A DNA stretch of 64,000 bases from an uncultured Gammaproteobacteria bacterium (lineage in GTDB: Bacteria > Pseudomonadota > Gammaproteobacteria > SZUA-229): NCBI GenBank assembly GCA_963711255.1, contig CAVQDO010000019.1, forward strand, positions 83,022 to 147,021. Direction: 5' to 3'. The notes beneath the pieces are model-generated. The model was not told the origin of the DNA. It saw only the letters and a program-made list of their open reading frames with translations, and ran no database searches. Both the position numbers and the translations under genes were made by a program. This document shows, piece by piece, positions 10,767 to 21,372 of the stretch (its first letter is position 1; each line of letters starts with the position of its first letter).

Positions 10767-11057
10767 ATGCCCTTATCTGATGAGAAAAAAATCGAAACCC
10801 GTGACCGTATTAATCGTGACCCCGATTTTCGCTCGGCATTTTTAATACAGGCACGTAATATGTATAAAAAAGCGTTGCAATTTAACGCACAGCTTGAAGA
10901 TGAAGTGAACCGCTTTGAACAGATACTGGGCGCCGAACCTGACACCTATGAATTCATGGAAGGCGAACTCGATGAAATCGATATTTTTGAAAAAATCCTG
11001 GATGCGTTTGATAGCCAGACCCTGGAAGATGAAAAGAACACCAGCACAATTAACTAG
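10767..11057 (+). CDS. Hypothetical acidic protein
   Basis: 96 aa ORF with no recognisable motif. Confidence 0.35.
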   Translation: MPLSDEKKIETRDRINRDPDFRSAFLIQARNMYKKALQFNAQLEDEVNRFEQILGAEPDTYEFMEGELDEIDIFEKILDAFDSQTLEDEKNTSTIN

Positions 11058-11175
11058 TACACTTAAACAATGTCATCTTGAACGATAGTGAACAATCTTG
11101 GACACAACGTGTTTACAATTCTTCTTATGTCTAATAAGACCAAATACATTCAATCGCTAACCTAAAACAAAGCTA

Positions 11176-11832
11176 ATGATCAAACTAACATACCCAATAG
11201 CAACGCTCATCTTATCAAGCATCACTCTGGCTTCATGCACACAGCCCGCAGAAGACCCTAAAGCAGTTGCCGACCAATACTGGCAGTACATGAAAAATGG
11301 AAATCATGTCGAAGCCGAAAAGCTGATTTCAATCAATAGCCGACAGGCATTTGAACAACACAAAAATCGTATCAATACTATCGATCAGCTCTCGACCAAT
11401 GAAGCAACAACGATCGTGAGCACATCAATAAGCACAACAAACCCCAGCACCAACTACACGCATACGGAAACTTTTAACACTACGCTTGTGCTGCAGCAGG
11501 GCAAATGGAAAATAGACATAAACCAGTCACAGATTCCACCAGCACCCAGTGCAGAAGAAGAACAAATGCAACAATTGGCCGAAGAACTGTCAGAGTCCAT
11601 GCAGGAAAATATAGAATCCATCGATGACGCCATGAGCGAAGGCATGCAGCTGTTCAATGAAGCATTGCGCGAGGGCTCAAAAGAAATGGGCGACTCATTG
11701 CTACATTTAATGAACGAACTCAACAGCACAATGCACGAGTCGATCGAAAAAATGAAAAAACGCCGTGAACAGCAGCAGGAACAGTTGCCGCAAAACCAGC
11801 CTGACCCTGAAGGGGGCGAAGGCATGATTTAA
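11176..11832 (+). CDS. Hypothetical lipoprotein, Q/E-rich
   Basis: Lipobox LASC after the signal peptide; low-complexity E/Q-rich C-terminus. Confidence 0.5.
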   Translation: MIKLTYPIATLILSSITLASCTQPAEDPKAVADQYWQYMKNGNHVEAEKLISINSRQAFEQHKNRINTIDQLSTNEATTIVSTSISTTNPSTNYTHTETFNTTLVLQQGKWKIDINQSQIPPAPSAEEEQMQQLAEELSESMQENIESIDDAMSEGMQLFNEALREGSKEMGDSLLHLMNELNSTMHESIEKMKKRREQQQEQLPQNQPDPEGGEGMI

Positions 11833-12073
11833 AGCACCGGCAGATAAAATATAATAAGCGGATAACATAGCTACTTCTATTACTATCACAACACTAATAC
11901 ACACGCCGGGCACTTTTTGTAAAATCAGAAAATACCGTCCGTTGCTCTGTTAACATCAAGTAGACAAATATTTTCACACTCTCACTTTTAACTGAGTTAC
12001 TATTGTGCGAATAAATCTAATAAAAAAACAAATAACCCTTAATAATATAGGGTTAATTTGGAATCCAGCTTTT

Positions 12074-12904
12074 ATGAATAATTGTCTACGCGCTTCTGCA
12101 ATACTTTTCCTCCTGTTGTTACAGATTGCCAACCCGGTTTTTGCTGAAAAAATTTATTCCGTCGGTGTCGTTCCCCAGTTTGAAGCCCGCCGAATAGCAA
12201 CAATTTGGCAGCCTATTCTTGATGAAGTAAGCCAGCGCAGCGGGGTAAAACTTCAACTCAAAGCATCACCCAATATTCCCCGCTTCGAAGAACAATTCGC
12301 TGCCGGTGAATTTGATTTCGCTTATATGAACCCCTATCACGCTATACAGGCAAATAAAATACAGGGTTATACCCCGCTGCTGAGAGATAACGGCCGTAAC
12401 CTTTTTGGCATCATCGTGGTGAAAAAAGACAGTCCGATAATGTCGGTAGAAGAACTTGACGGCAAGACGGTTGCTTTCCCCGCACCGAATGCACTCGGTG
12501 CGGCACTACTACCACGTGCAGAGTTCAACCGGAAATTTAACATTAAAGTAAAAGAACTCTACGTCAAGAGCCATAGCTCGGTGTATCTAAACGTACTTCT
12601 GGGTAAAGCAGATGCAGGCGGCGGTGTGCAGAAGACCCTGTCACAGCAACCGGAAAACATTCGTCAGCAACTGCGAATCCTGTATAAAACAAGTATCGTA
12701 CCGCCGCATCCATTTACTGCACATCCGCGCATAGACAAATCTATCCAGGAGAAAGTAGCCGCTGCATTCCTCGAACTGGGCAACAGCAAAAAAGGCAAAG
12801 CTTTACTAAAAAAAATTCCCATGAAAAAAATTGGCACTGCCTCAATTGAGGATTATGAGCCAGTTAAAAAAATGGAACTGGACAAATACTATGTAGGCAA
12901 ATAA
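12074..12904 (+). CDS. PhnD/SsuA-like periplasmic substrate-binding protein, probable sensor-kinase partner
   Basis: Signal peptide MNNCLRASAILFLLLLQIANPVFA; phosphonate-binding-like fold proteins often precede sensor kinases; the track ORF starts at 12005 but an internal Met plus signal peptide is preferred. Confidence 0.6.
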   Translation: MNNCLRASAILFLLLLQIANPVFAEKIYSVGVVPQFEARRIATIWQPILDEVSQRSGVKLQLKASPNIPRFEEQFAAGEFDFAYMNPYHAIQANKIQGYTPLLRDNGRNLFGIIVVKKDSPIMSVEELDGKTVAFPAPNALGAALLPRAEFNRKFNIKVKELYVKSHSSVYLNVLLGKADAGGGVQKTLSQQPENIRQQLRILYKTSIVPPHPFTAHPRIDKSIQEKVAAAFLELGNSKKGKALLKKIPMKKIGTASIEDYEPVKKMELDKYYVGK

Positions 12905-12908
12905 TTAC

Positions 12909-15900
12909 ATGAACCTTCACCTGAAACTGTTTATACCTACATTATTGCTACTCGCGGCGATCGCGACAACCATTCATTTTTACTGGCTGCCTGATTATCT
13001 TACCCTGGAAATCGAAGAACAGGAAAAATATGAACTCAGCTTTGCCGACTTACTGGGCACGGCGCTGGTTCCCGACCTGCTCAATAACGACCTCGCCATA
13101 ACACACAGCACACTCGACCAGGTGCTGGAAAATCGTAAATACTGGTATGCCGTTAAACTGTTCGACCGCGATAACCAGCTCATCTATCCACTGACCGAAC
13201 CGCAACTGCCAGCAGATATTGAACTCAAAACACTGGATCACGAAATCATATTCGATGGCAACCGCATCGCCAGCTTCACCGTCTGGATTGACATCAACGC
13301 TGCGAGTTCTCAGCGTGTTGATCATATCTATCATCTCGAACATCTATTGCTGATCACACTGCTGGTGGCTGCGCTATTAGCTACACTGTTGCAGGACAGG
13401 TGGATCAGGTTTCCGTTGCGGCAACTGGCCAATTTTGCCAGCGATATTGCACGCGGCAAATATGATTCTCGCATGGAATACCAGTCCCATGATGAAGTCG
13501 GAAAACTGGTAGCCGCTTTTAACAGCATGCGCCGACAAATACGGCAGCGTGAAGCCGACCTGGTAGAAAGCCAGGCACGCCACAAGGCAGTCATTGAAAA
13601 CGCCGTTGACGGCATTATCTCGATTGACGCACACGGCAAGGTGCAAAGCTTTAATCCTGCGGCAGAAAAAATCTTCGGTTACAACCATAACGAAGTAAAC
13701 GGAAAGAATATCAAAATGCTGATGCCGCAGCCTTACCAGCGAGAACACGACGGCTACCTGTACAACTATATTGCAACAGGCAATAAAAAAGTTATCGACA
13801 TCGGGCGCGAAGTAAAAGGTCAGCGCAAAGACGGCTCAACCTTCCCGCTGGATCTGGCCGTTAGTGAAGTTGACCTGGGAGACCGCCGCCTGTTTATCGG
13901 CATGATACGCGACATCACTGAGAGAAAATTTGCCGAGCAGGAAGCAGCACGTTATTCCAATGCGCTGGAACAGCTGCACATTATTACGTCAGATATAGAA
14001 ACTGATTTCAAGCAGAAAATTCACAATGTTCTCGAACTTGGCCGCCAGCTGCTTGATATGCCGCTGGCAATCATCAGCCATATCCAGGCAGAGCGTTATA
14101 TCGTCGAACATGTTGCCAGCCCCGATGGTGCGCCTCCACCCGGCACCGAATTCGTGCTGGGTGAAACCTATTGCTGTCACACGCTGGCCACCAATACAGC
14201 CACCGGCTTTGAGCATGCAGGGGAAAGCGAAATAAACAACCATCCCTGTTATAAAAACTTCGGTCTTGAAGCTTACATCGGTGCGCCGGTTATTGTTAAC
14301 GGCGCGCTTTATGGCACACTGAATTTTTCCAGCCCGAAACCGCATGCCGGTAAATTCAGTAGCGTCGACTATAACCTGATCAGGTTATTTGCCCAATGGG
14401 TAAGCAGCGAAATTACCCGCGTTCAGGCGGAGACAGAACTCTATAATACAACAGCACTTCGGCAAGCCATTCTGGACAGCGCCAATTTCAGTATTATTTC
14501 AACAGACGTAAACGGCATAATACGTCTATTTAATCATGGCGCCGAGCGCATGCTCGGCTACAGTGCCGAAGAACTCATCGACAAGGAAAGTCCGGCGATA
14601 TTGCACGACATTGAAGAAGTCGTATCAAGGGCAAAAGAACTTACAGTAGAACTAGGACAAAGCATCGAACCAGGCTTTGACGTTTTTATCAGCAAAGCAA
14701 AAGCCGGAATTGCGGATGAAAGGGAGTGGACATACATACGCAAAGATAAAACACGCTTACCGGTAATGCTTTCTATCACCGCAGTGCATGACTCCAGTGG
14801 CAACATCGTCGGCTACCTTGGCATCGGCAGCGACCTGACCGAGCGCAAAAAAATCGATTTGATGAAAAGCGAATTTGTTTCTACCGTCAGCCATGAATTG
14901 CGCACCCCGCTTACTTCCATACGCGGTGCATTAAGCCTGGTGCTTGGCAAAGGTGCAGCCGACCTGCCGCCCAAGCTGCAACGCATGCTGGAAACCGCCA
15001 ACCGCAACAGTGAACGCCTGACATTTCTGATTAACGATATCCTTGATCTTGAAAAAATAAATGCCGGGAAACTCGACCTTCGCCTCGAAGCCGTAAACCT
15101 GGCCGCACTGGCAAAAAGAGCCGTTGATGAAAACGAAGGTTATGCGCTATCACACAACGTCAAGCTAAAACTTTCATTTGAGTCTGATGAGACGACGACA
15201 GTACGCGTGGACGAACATCGCCTGTTACAGGTTTTTGCCAACCTTATTTCCAATGCCGTCAAATACTCACCTGAAGAAGATACTGTTGACGTCGTAGTAA
15301 AAAGAACCAACGGTCGGGTACGCGTTTCTGTCATCGATAAAGGCGCAGGTATACCCGTTGAGTTCCGTCCGCGTATTTTTGGCCGTTTCGCTCAGGCCGA
15401 CAGTTCAGACACGCGCGAGAAAGGCGGTACCGGCCTTGGCCTGACCATCACAAAAGCTATCATTGAACAGCTTGGCGGCAGCATCGACTTCAACAGTGAA
15501 CCCGGCGAAGGCGCAGAGTTTTATTTCGAACTCTCCGCATGGGACCAGACCGTTGAAAACACACAGCTGGATAAATCACTGCCCAAAGTACTGGTCTGTG
15601 AAGACGACCCGGACGTTGCTTATGTACTGGTCAACCTTCTGGAGCAGGAAGGGCTTTCCGGTGACATTGCTGCAACCGCCAGCAGTGCTCGAGATTTGCT
15701 GCAAAAAAACAACTACAGCCTGTTACTGCTTGACCTGGTTCTGCCAGATGCAAACGGCCTGGAACTTGTACGTGATATTCGTAAGGCAGAAAGCACCAGG
15801 AAATTGCCCATTATCGTTATTTCCGGTCGTGCCAACGAAGGACGTAAAGAATTCAACGGAGATGCCGTTACTGTAGCAGACTGGCTGCAAAAACCGATTG

Positions 15901-16298
15901 ACCGTGACCGGCTGTCGCATGCGGTTGCCGATGCAATACATGGCAATCACCGCCCGAATATTCTACATATCGAAGATGATCTTGATGTTATACAGGTATC
16001 CCAGGTATTGTTTGAAGATGAGGCGGACTTTGAATATGCAACCTCACTGGAAGAGGCCCATAAAAAACTGGCTAAAAAAGTATATGACCTGGTCATTGTT
16101 GATATCTCATTACCTGACGGCTCGGGGCTGGATCTACTGGACGAAATCGGCCGCGACTGCCCAATCGTGCTTTTTTCCGGCCAGGAGACCCAGGCTGAAA
16201 TCAGCGATAAGGTGAATGCAACATTAACCAAGTCACTGACCAGCAATGATGAGCTGATGAGCACAGTAAAACGATTATTGAAACACAACATCCAATAA
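12909..16298 (+). CDS. Hybrid sensor histidine kinase (TM-periplasmic-TM-HAMP-PAS-GAF-PAS-HisKA-HATPase-REC-REC)
   Basis: H-box SHELRTPLTSIRGAL, HATPase G-boxes (GGTGLGL), and two C-terminal receiver domains with conserved Asp (LLLDLVLPD, VIVDISLPD). Confidence 0.85.
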   Translation: MNLHLKLFIPTLLLLAAIATTIHFYWLPDYLTLEIEEQEKYELSFADLLGTALVPDLLNNDLAITHSTLDQVLENRKYWYAVKLFDRDNQLIYPLTEPQLPADIELKTLDHEIIFDGNRIASFTVWIDINAASSQRVDHIYHLEHLLLITLLVAALLATLLQDRWIRFPLRQLANFASDIARGKYDSRMEYQSHDEVGKLVAAFNSMRRQIRQREADLVESQARHKAVIENAVDGIISIDAHGKVQSFNPAAEKIFGYNHNEVNGKNIKMLMPQPYQREHDGYLYNYIATGNKKVIDIGREVKGQRKDGSTFPLDLAVSEVDLGDRRLFIGMIRDITERKFAEQEAARYSNALEQLHIITSDIETDFKQKIHNVLELGRQLLDMPLAIISHIQAERYIVEHVASPDGAPPPGTEFVLGETYCCHTLATNTATGFEHAGESEINNHPCYKNFGLEAYIGAPVIVNGALYGTLNFSSPKPHAGKFSSVDYNLIRLFAQWVSSEITRVQAETELYNTTALRQAILDSANFSIISTDVNGIIRLFNHGAERMLGYSAEELIDKESPAILHDIEEVVSRAKELTVELGQSIEPGFDVFISKAKAGIADEREWTYIRKDKTRLPVMLSITAVHDSSGNIVGYLGIGSDLTERKKIDLMKSEFVSTVSHELRTPLTSIRGALSLVLGKGAADLPPKLQRMLETANRNSERLTFLINDILDLEKINAGKLDLRLEAVNLAALAKRAVDENEGYALSHNVKLKLSFESDETTTVRVDEHRLLQVFANLISNAVKYSPEEDTVDVVVKRTNGRVRVSVIDKGAGIPVEFRPRIFGRFAQADSSDTREKGGTGLGLTITKAIIEQLGGSIDFNSEPGEGAEFYFELSAWDQTVENTQLDKSLPKVLVCEDDPDVAYVLVNLLEQEGLSGDIAATASSARDLLQKNNYSLLLLDLVLPDANGLELVRDIRKAESTRKLPIIVISGRANEGRKEFNGDAVTVADWLQKPIDRDRLSHAVADAIHGNHRPNILHIEDDLDVIQVSQVLFEDEADFEYATSLEEAHKKLAKKVYDLVIVDISLPDGSGLDLLDEIGRDCPIVLFSGQETQAEISDKVNATLTKSLTSNDELMSTVKRLLKHNIQ

Positions 16299-16311
16299 AC
16301 GAGATGCGAAT

Positions 16312-16680
16312 ATGAAATTACTCTACGTAGAAGACGAAGCCGATATCCGCGAAATTGCCGAATTCGCCCTCGAAGACGAAGGCTTCGATATCCTTTTTTG
16401 CGAGTCTGGTGAAAAGGCAGTGGAACAGGCGGCTGATTTTCAACCGGAAGCCATCCTGCTGGATGTTATGATGCCCGGCATGGATGGGCCCACCACACTA
16501 CAAAACCTGCGAACCCTGCCTGGACTGGAATCCACACCGGTCATCTTTCTTACCGCAAAGGTTCAGCCCAATGAAATTCAAAACTTTATTTCACTCGGCG
16601 CCATCGACGTCATCCCGAAACCCTTTGAACCGATGACACTGGCTGAACAGATTCGCGAAATACTGAGCCGTAGCCGCTAA
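16312..16680 (+). CDS. Single-domain response regulator (CheY-like receiver)
   Basis: 122 aa with DE...D...K receiver signature (LLDVMMPGMDG). Confidence 0.85.
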   Translation: MKLLYVEDEADIREIAEFALEDEGFDILFCESGEKAVEQAADFQPEAILLDVMMPGMDGPTTLQNLRTLPGLESTPVIFLTAKVQPNEIQNFISLGAIDVIPKPFEPMTLAEQIREILSRSR

Positions 16681-18311
16681 TGAGCACCAGCAAACAGGAA
16701 AAATTACGCAAGCTACAGGAAAAGTACATATCCCAGCTGCCAGGAAAACTCAATGCACTAAACCGGGTATGGCTGCATTCGCTGCACCATAATGACATTG
16801 ACGGCTTAAATCAGCTTCGCCAGCTGGCACATAACCTTGCCGGATCTGCAGGCACATTCGGTTTTCCTGCCGTCAGCGTCGAAGCCAGGAACCTTGAAGA
16901 CATACTGAGAAACCTGAGTGATATACAGGATTTAAACAACATCGTCGAAGAAAATATTGCCGATGCGCTGCAACGGATTGTCAGCTACGTTGAACTCGGA
17001 CCAGAGAATGTTGAAAGTCTTACACCGCTTGATCATGAAAAAGCTTACAGCACTGCTCAGTTTGACCGTCTGATTTACGTTATTGAAGATGACGACCTGC
17101 TGGCCCGCGAAATTGCCACCCAGCTTTATTACTTTGATTACGAAGTGGAAACCTTCTCCTCCACCGCGCGAGCAATGGAAGCAATAAAACTGCGCATGCC
17201 AACAGCTATGATTATTGATATACAACTGCCGGACGGCGATCTCGCCGGCCCGGAATTTGCGAGAGTATTTAACGAATTTTCTTCCACCGCCATACCTTCC
17301 ATATTTATTTCTTCACGTGATGACTGGCATGCACGCCTTGCCGCAGTGCAGGCCAATGGCAGCGCATACCTGACAAAACCGATAGACTTCAACGACCTGC
17401 TCGAACGCCTGGAAATGCTGACGGTTAGACAAATGCCAGAACCGCTCAAAATACTTATTGTTGATGACATGGAAGTACTGGCAGAACACTATGCCACTGT
17501 CTTAAGAAACGCCAACATGGAAGTGAAAACGGTTACCGATATCAATGACATGCTTGAAGCCTTAAGTGACTTTAAGCCGGAACTAATCTTAATGGATATC
17601 TACATGCCCCAGTGTTCCGGCCTTGATGCCGCAAAAATAATACGGCAAAAAGACGAACTGCTTGGCGTACCCATCGTTTTCCTGTCAACCGAAGCCGATC
17701 CTCTGCAGCATATTTCAGCCATGGAGCTGGGCGGCGACGACTTCCTGCAAAAACCCATTACCGATGACCGTCTGCTTGTTTCGGTTAGAACTCGCGCCCA
17801 GCGCTTTCGCCGTCTGCGCAGCCATATGCTTTGCGATGGACTCACCGGCCTGCTCAACCACGTTGCCGTCAGAACCCACCTCGAATCAGAAATTTCACGC
17901 GCACAACGCCAGAACGAAGCGCTTAGTTTCGCCATGATTGATATCGACAACTTCAAACAGGTAAATGATACCTACGGCCACCCTGTCGGTGACCGGGTAA
18001 TAAAAAGCATTGCGCGCATGCTAAAAAAACGTTTACGCAAATCAGATCTCATCGGCCGATATGGCGGCGAAGAGTTTGCCATCATACTGCCGGAAACCGA
18101 GTTAAATACTGCAAAAAAATTACTGGATGATGTACGGCAGAATTTTTCACAAATTACCCAGCAGGATCACGAAACCCAGTTTTACTGCACGCTCAGTGCA
18201 GGCGTAACGCAGCTATCAAAAAGCGACTCCCTGGACAGCCTGGTTAACACCGCCGATGAAGCACTCTACGAAGCAAAACATGCCGGTCGCAATCAGGTGT
18301 GTATAAAATGA
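16680..18311 (+). CDS. Hpt-REC-REC-GGDEF diguanylate cyclase
   Basis: N-terminal Hpt-like helix bundle (HNLAGSAGTFG), two receiver domains, C-terminal GGDEF with an intact GGEEF active site (RYGGEEFAI); start overlaps the upstream stop (TAATG). Confidence 0.85.
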   Translation: MSTSKQEKLRKLQEKYISQLPGKLNALNRVWLHSLHHNDIDGLNQLRQLAHNLAGSAGTFGFPAVSVEARNLEDILRNLSDIQDLNNIVEENIADALQRIVSYVELGPENVESLTPLDHEKAYSTAQFDRLIYVIEDDDLLAREIATQLYYFDYEVETFSSTARAMEAIKLRMPTAMIIDIQLPDGDLAGPEFARVFNEFSSTAIPSIFISSRDDWHARLAAVQANGSAYLTKPIDFNDLLERLEMLTVRQMPEPLKILIVDDMEVLAEHYATVLRNANMEVKTVTDINDMLEALSDFKPELILMDIYMPQCSGLDAAKIIRQKDELLGVPIVFLSTEADPLQHISAMELGGDDFLQKPITDDRLLVSVRTRAQRFRRLRSHMLCDGLTGLLNHVAVRTHLESEISRAQRQNEALSFAMIDIDNFKQVNDTYGHPVGDRVIKSIARMLKKRLRKSDLIGRYGGEEFAIILPETELNTAKKLLDDVRQNFSQITQQDHETQFYCTLSAGVTQLSKSDSLDSLVNTADEALYEAKHAGRNQVCIK

Positions 18312-19552
18312 AACCCGCGGCCATACCGGATAATGAAGAACAACGAATTCATCGATTAAATGAGCTGGGCATTCTTGATACGCTAGAAGAACAGGCCTAT
18401 GATGACCTTACTCAGCTGGCGGCAAAAATATGTGATACACCAATCGCGCTGGTGAGCCTGGTAGATACTGATCGACAATGGTTCAAATCCCACCATGGCC
18501 TGGACGCGCACGAAACTCCCCGCGATATCGCATTCTGCGCGCACGCTATTCTAGATGACCATGTATTTGTTGTAGAGGATTCCAGCAAAGACGAGCGCTT
18601 TCATGATAATCCATTAGCGACAGGCCATCCAGATGTAAAGTTCTACGCGGGCGCACCCCTGATAATGAGCGACAATCTCAGGCTCGGAACATTATGCGTT
18701 ATAGCAAATGAGCCTCGAACGATTTCCGATACTCAAAAGGCGGCCCTTGAGGCCCTGGCACGACAAACCATAAGCCAGATGGAGCTTCGCCTTAAAGTAA
18801 AAGAACTGCAAAGTCTGGACAACGCCAAGGACGAATTCATTTCCATGGTTAGTCACGAACTAAGGACACCGCTAACATCCATTACCGGCTCGCTTTCCCT
18901 GCTTTCAAACAACAAAGTTGGCCCATTAAGCAGTAAACAACAGAATATGGTGGCCATCGCTGCACGCAACAGTGACCGGCTTCTCTGCATCGTTAATGAC
19001 ATACTCGACCATGCAAAAATGGAAGCTGGTAAATTTGAAATCAGCCGTAAACCACATAAAGTTTTTGACCTACTTGAAAAAGCACTGGAACTAAATCAGC
19101 CCTATTGTGAAAAATGTAACTGCGAAATAATTCTGAAATTTAACGATGCGGATAAAGACAGGATAATTGAGTGCGATGAAAACCGCCTGTTGCAGGTGTT
19201 AAGCAATCTTATTTCTAACGCGGCGAAAGTTTCCAGCAATAAAGATATCATAGAGCTATCTCTTGTTATAGATAGCGACAAGGCACGTTTTGAAGTTACC
19301 GATCACGGACCAGGAATATCAAAAGAACAACAGAAGCACCTTTTCCAACGGTTCAAACAAATTGAAACCTCGGGAAACCAGAAAATGCCCGGTACAGGCC
19401 TTGGCCTCAGGATCAGCAAACATATTGTAGAACTTCACGATGGCCAGATCGATTTTGAATCATTACCCGGCGATTACACTAAATTTTATTTCACCATTAC
19501 ACTTAAGAAAATAAAACACGACACTCATCCGGATCGAAACTGCCGCCAGTGA
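18308..19552 (+). CDS. Cytoplasmic GAF-domain histidine kinase
   Basis: GAF-like N-terminus, H-box SHELRTPLTSITGSL, HATPase motifs (GTGLGL); ATGA overlap with the upstream gene. Confidence 0.8.
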   Translation: MKPAAIPDNEEQRIHRLNELGILDTLEEQAYDDLTQLAAKICDTPIALVSLVDTDRQWFKSHHGLDAHETPRDIAFCAHAILDDHVFVVEDSSKDERFHDNPLATGHPDVKFYAGAPLIMSDNLRLGTLCVIANEPRTISDTQKAALEALARQTISQMELRLKVKELQSLDNAKDEFISMVSHELRTPLTSITGSLSLLSNNKVGPLSSKQQNMVAIAARNSDRLLCIVNDILDHAKMEAGKFEISRKPHKVFDLLEKALELNQPYCEKCNCEIILKFNDADKDRIIECDENRLLQVLSNLISNAAKVSSNKDIIELSLVIDSDKARFEVTDHGPGISKEQQKHLFQRFKQIETSGNQKMPGTGLGLRISKHIVELHDGQIDFESLPGDYTKFYFTITLKKIKHDTHPDRNCRQ

Positions 19553-19692
19553 GAATCACTGCCTGCTGAGTAAAGAGGCCGTTACTAGCGCCACGCCACG
19601 GGCTTAACTATTCAGCAACCCTGGCATTCTACAACAAATAGCGTATAATAGTGATCTACAGCTACAAATAAAATTTAGAACATCGTATAACT

Positions 19693-20064
19693 ATGGAATT
19701 TTTTCAAATTATTAATCACATCAAGACAGATACCGAAAAATTAAAAAATCTACTTACACTCAACTGCCTGCCTGAACTTTGCGACTCTATTGACACCGTT
19801 ACTTCTGATAATGCACATCAAGCTGAGATATATTGTCTCTGGGGTGAATTTAGTGTCATTCGCGATGAGATAAGAAATGGTGTTCGCTTCTCGTTGGTTA
19901 ATTGCCCGCATGCCCTTGCATGGACTATTACGCATCATGAGGAAGTAGAAAACATCGTCATTCACTGCACTATCGATGATATTGAAACAGATGAAGACTT
20001 TGCCGACTCGATTGAATTATTTATCGAAGACTGGTCAACAGGCGTTTCCAGGTCATTACAATAA
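19693..20064 (+). CDS. Hypothetical acidic protein
   Basis: 123 aa ORF with no recognisable motifs. Confidence 0.35.
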   Translation: MEFFQIINHIKTDTEKLKNLLTLNCLPELCDSIDTVTSDNAHQAEIYCLWGEFSVIRDEIRNGVRFSLVNCPHALAWTITHHEEVENIVIHCTIDDIETDEDFADSIELFIEDWSTGVSRSLQ

Positions 20065-20078
20065 ATACATTTATACCT

Positions 20079-20717
20079 ATGACTATCAATCCAACTCCCG
20101 CTCTACTCGACCACCTGCACCTGATAACACTGATTGCTGTTGTTGTTTCCTCTACATCCGGCGTACTTAAAGCCGGCTTTAAACAGTTCGATTTATTCGG
20201 TGTAATTATTATTGCTATTGCAACCGGATTGGGAGGCGGATCATTACGCGACATGTTGCTGGACCGGGAAGTATTCTGGATTCGTGATCAGGTGTTTTTT
20301 ATCGCATCACTTGGCAGCGCAATCGCCATCTTTATTACCGCACGGCTAATGGCAATTCCTCCTCGTTTCTTCCTGGTTGCCGATGCGGCAGGACTGGCAA
20401 CATTTAGCGTAGCCGGCACACTGGTATCACTAATGGTCGGCGCACCCTGGATGGTTGCGAGCTTTATGGGGGTAATGACCGGCACTATGGGTGGAATTTT
20501 CCGTGACATTTTAAGCAACGAACCGCCCGTTGTTTTCCAGAGCCCACTCTATGCCACTGTTTCATGGGGAGGATCATTATTCTTTATAGCCCTGCTCTAT
20601 ATTAATATCGATACCACATTTGCTGCTATTTTTGCTGGACTGAGTATTTTCATTTCCCGTTTACTCGCGCTTTATTTCAATATCAGCCTGCCCAGATTCC
20701 GCTTTAAATCCAGTTAA
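20079..20717 (+). CDS. UPF0126 (YadS/TRIC-like) membrane protein
   Basis: Two internal repeats each carrying a glycine-rich motif (GLGGGSLRD and TMGGIFRD), characteristic of UPF0126/TRIC channels. Confidence 0.7.
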   Translation: MTINPTPALLDHLHLITLIAVVVSSTSGVLKAGFKQFDLFGVIIIAIATGLGGGSLRDMLLDREVFWIRDQVFFIASLGSAIAIFITARLMAIPPRFFLVADAAGLATFSVAGTLVSLMVGAPWMVASFMGVMTGTMGGIFRDILSNEPPVVFQSPLYATVSWGGSLFFIALLYINIDTTFAAIFAGLSIFISRLLALYFNISLPRFRFKSS

Positions 20718-20887
20718 ACACGGCTTCTTACGCTTTCCTATAAAACGTCTGTATTTACAGATGAACTACTATGCCTTATTCTTAAAAAACAATTTCATAT
20801 ATTCGATTGTGCTATCCTGCTTCAATTAAATACACGATCACCTTCTTACCAGTGATGGAATAACCTACAATTTAACTATCATTTATT

Positions 20888-21334
20888 ATGAACTCGCTAA
20901 CATTAAAACGAATCGCTTATGTAAGTCATCAGGTCCATGATTTTACTGATGAAGACGTACTTGAACTAATGATTGCAGCACGACAGAAAAATACAAATCT
21001 GGAGATTACCGGCTTGCTTCTATTTGATAAACCAGTATTTTTACAATTGCTGGAAGGGCCACCAGCAGCCGTAGATAAATTAATTGCTGAAATCATCGCT
21101 GATGACAGACACAAGGATGTGGACATTATATTTTCGCAAGAAAACTGCCCTCAGCGGGAATTTCCACGATGGAGCATGGATTGTAAAATACTTGGCCATC
21201 GCAATGGCGAAGAGTACAGCGAACTAGATGCGCGAGTAAAACAGGTATTAAGTGCAGCCAAACCTAATGGCGATCTGGCACACCAGTTATTGCTGGATTA
21301 TAGAGAAGAAAAGAATTCTTCTATGGATATTTAG
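20888..21334 (+). CDS. Short BLUF-domain blue-light photoreceptor
   Basis: BLUF signature: conserved Tyr (YVSHQ), ITGLLLF...FLQLLEG and the downstream Trp/Met region; 148 aa standalone. Confidence 0.75.
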   Translation: MNSLTLKRIAYVSHQVHDFTDEDVLELMIAARQKNTNLEITGLLLFDKPVFLQLLEGPPAAVDKLIAEIIADDRHKDVDIIFSQENCPQREFPRWSMDCKILGHRNGEEYSELDARVKQVLSAAKPNGDLAHQLLLDYREEKNSSMDI

Positions 21335-21372
21335 TATATTATTCCTTACAACTCGTTTGCTATACTCATTAA

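Noticed and set aside
13050-16291. Multiple 60-120 aa antisense ORFs inside the hybrid histidine kinase gene
   Set aside because: They are embedded in a strongly supported 1129-aa CDS and have no independent support.
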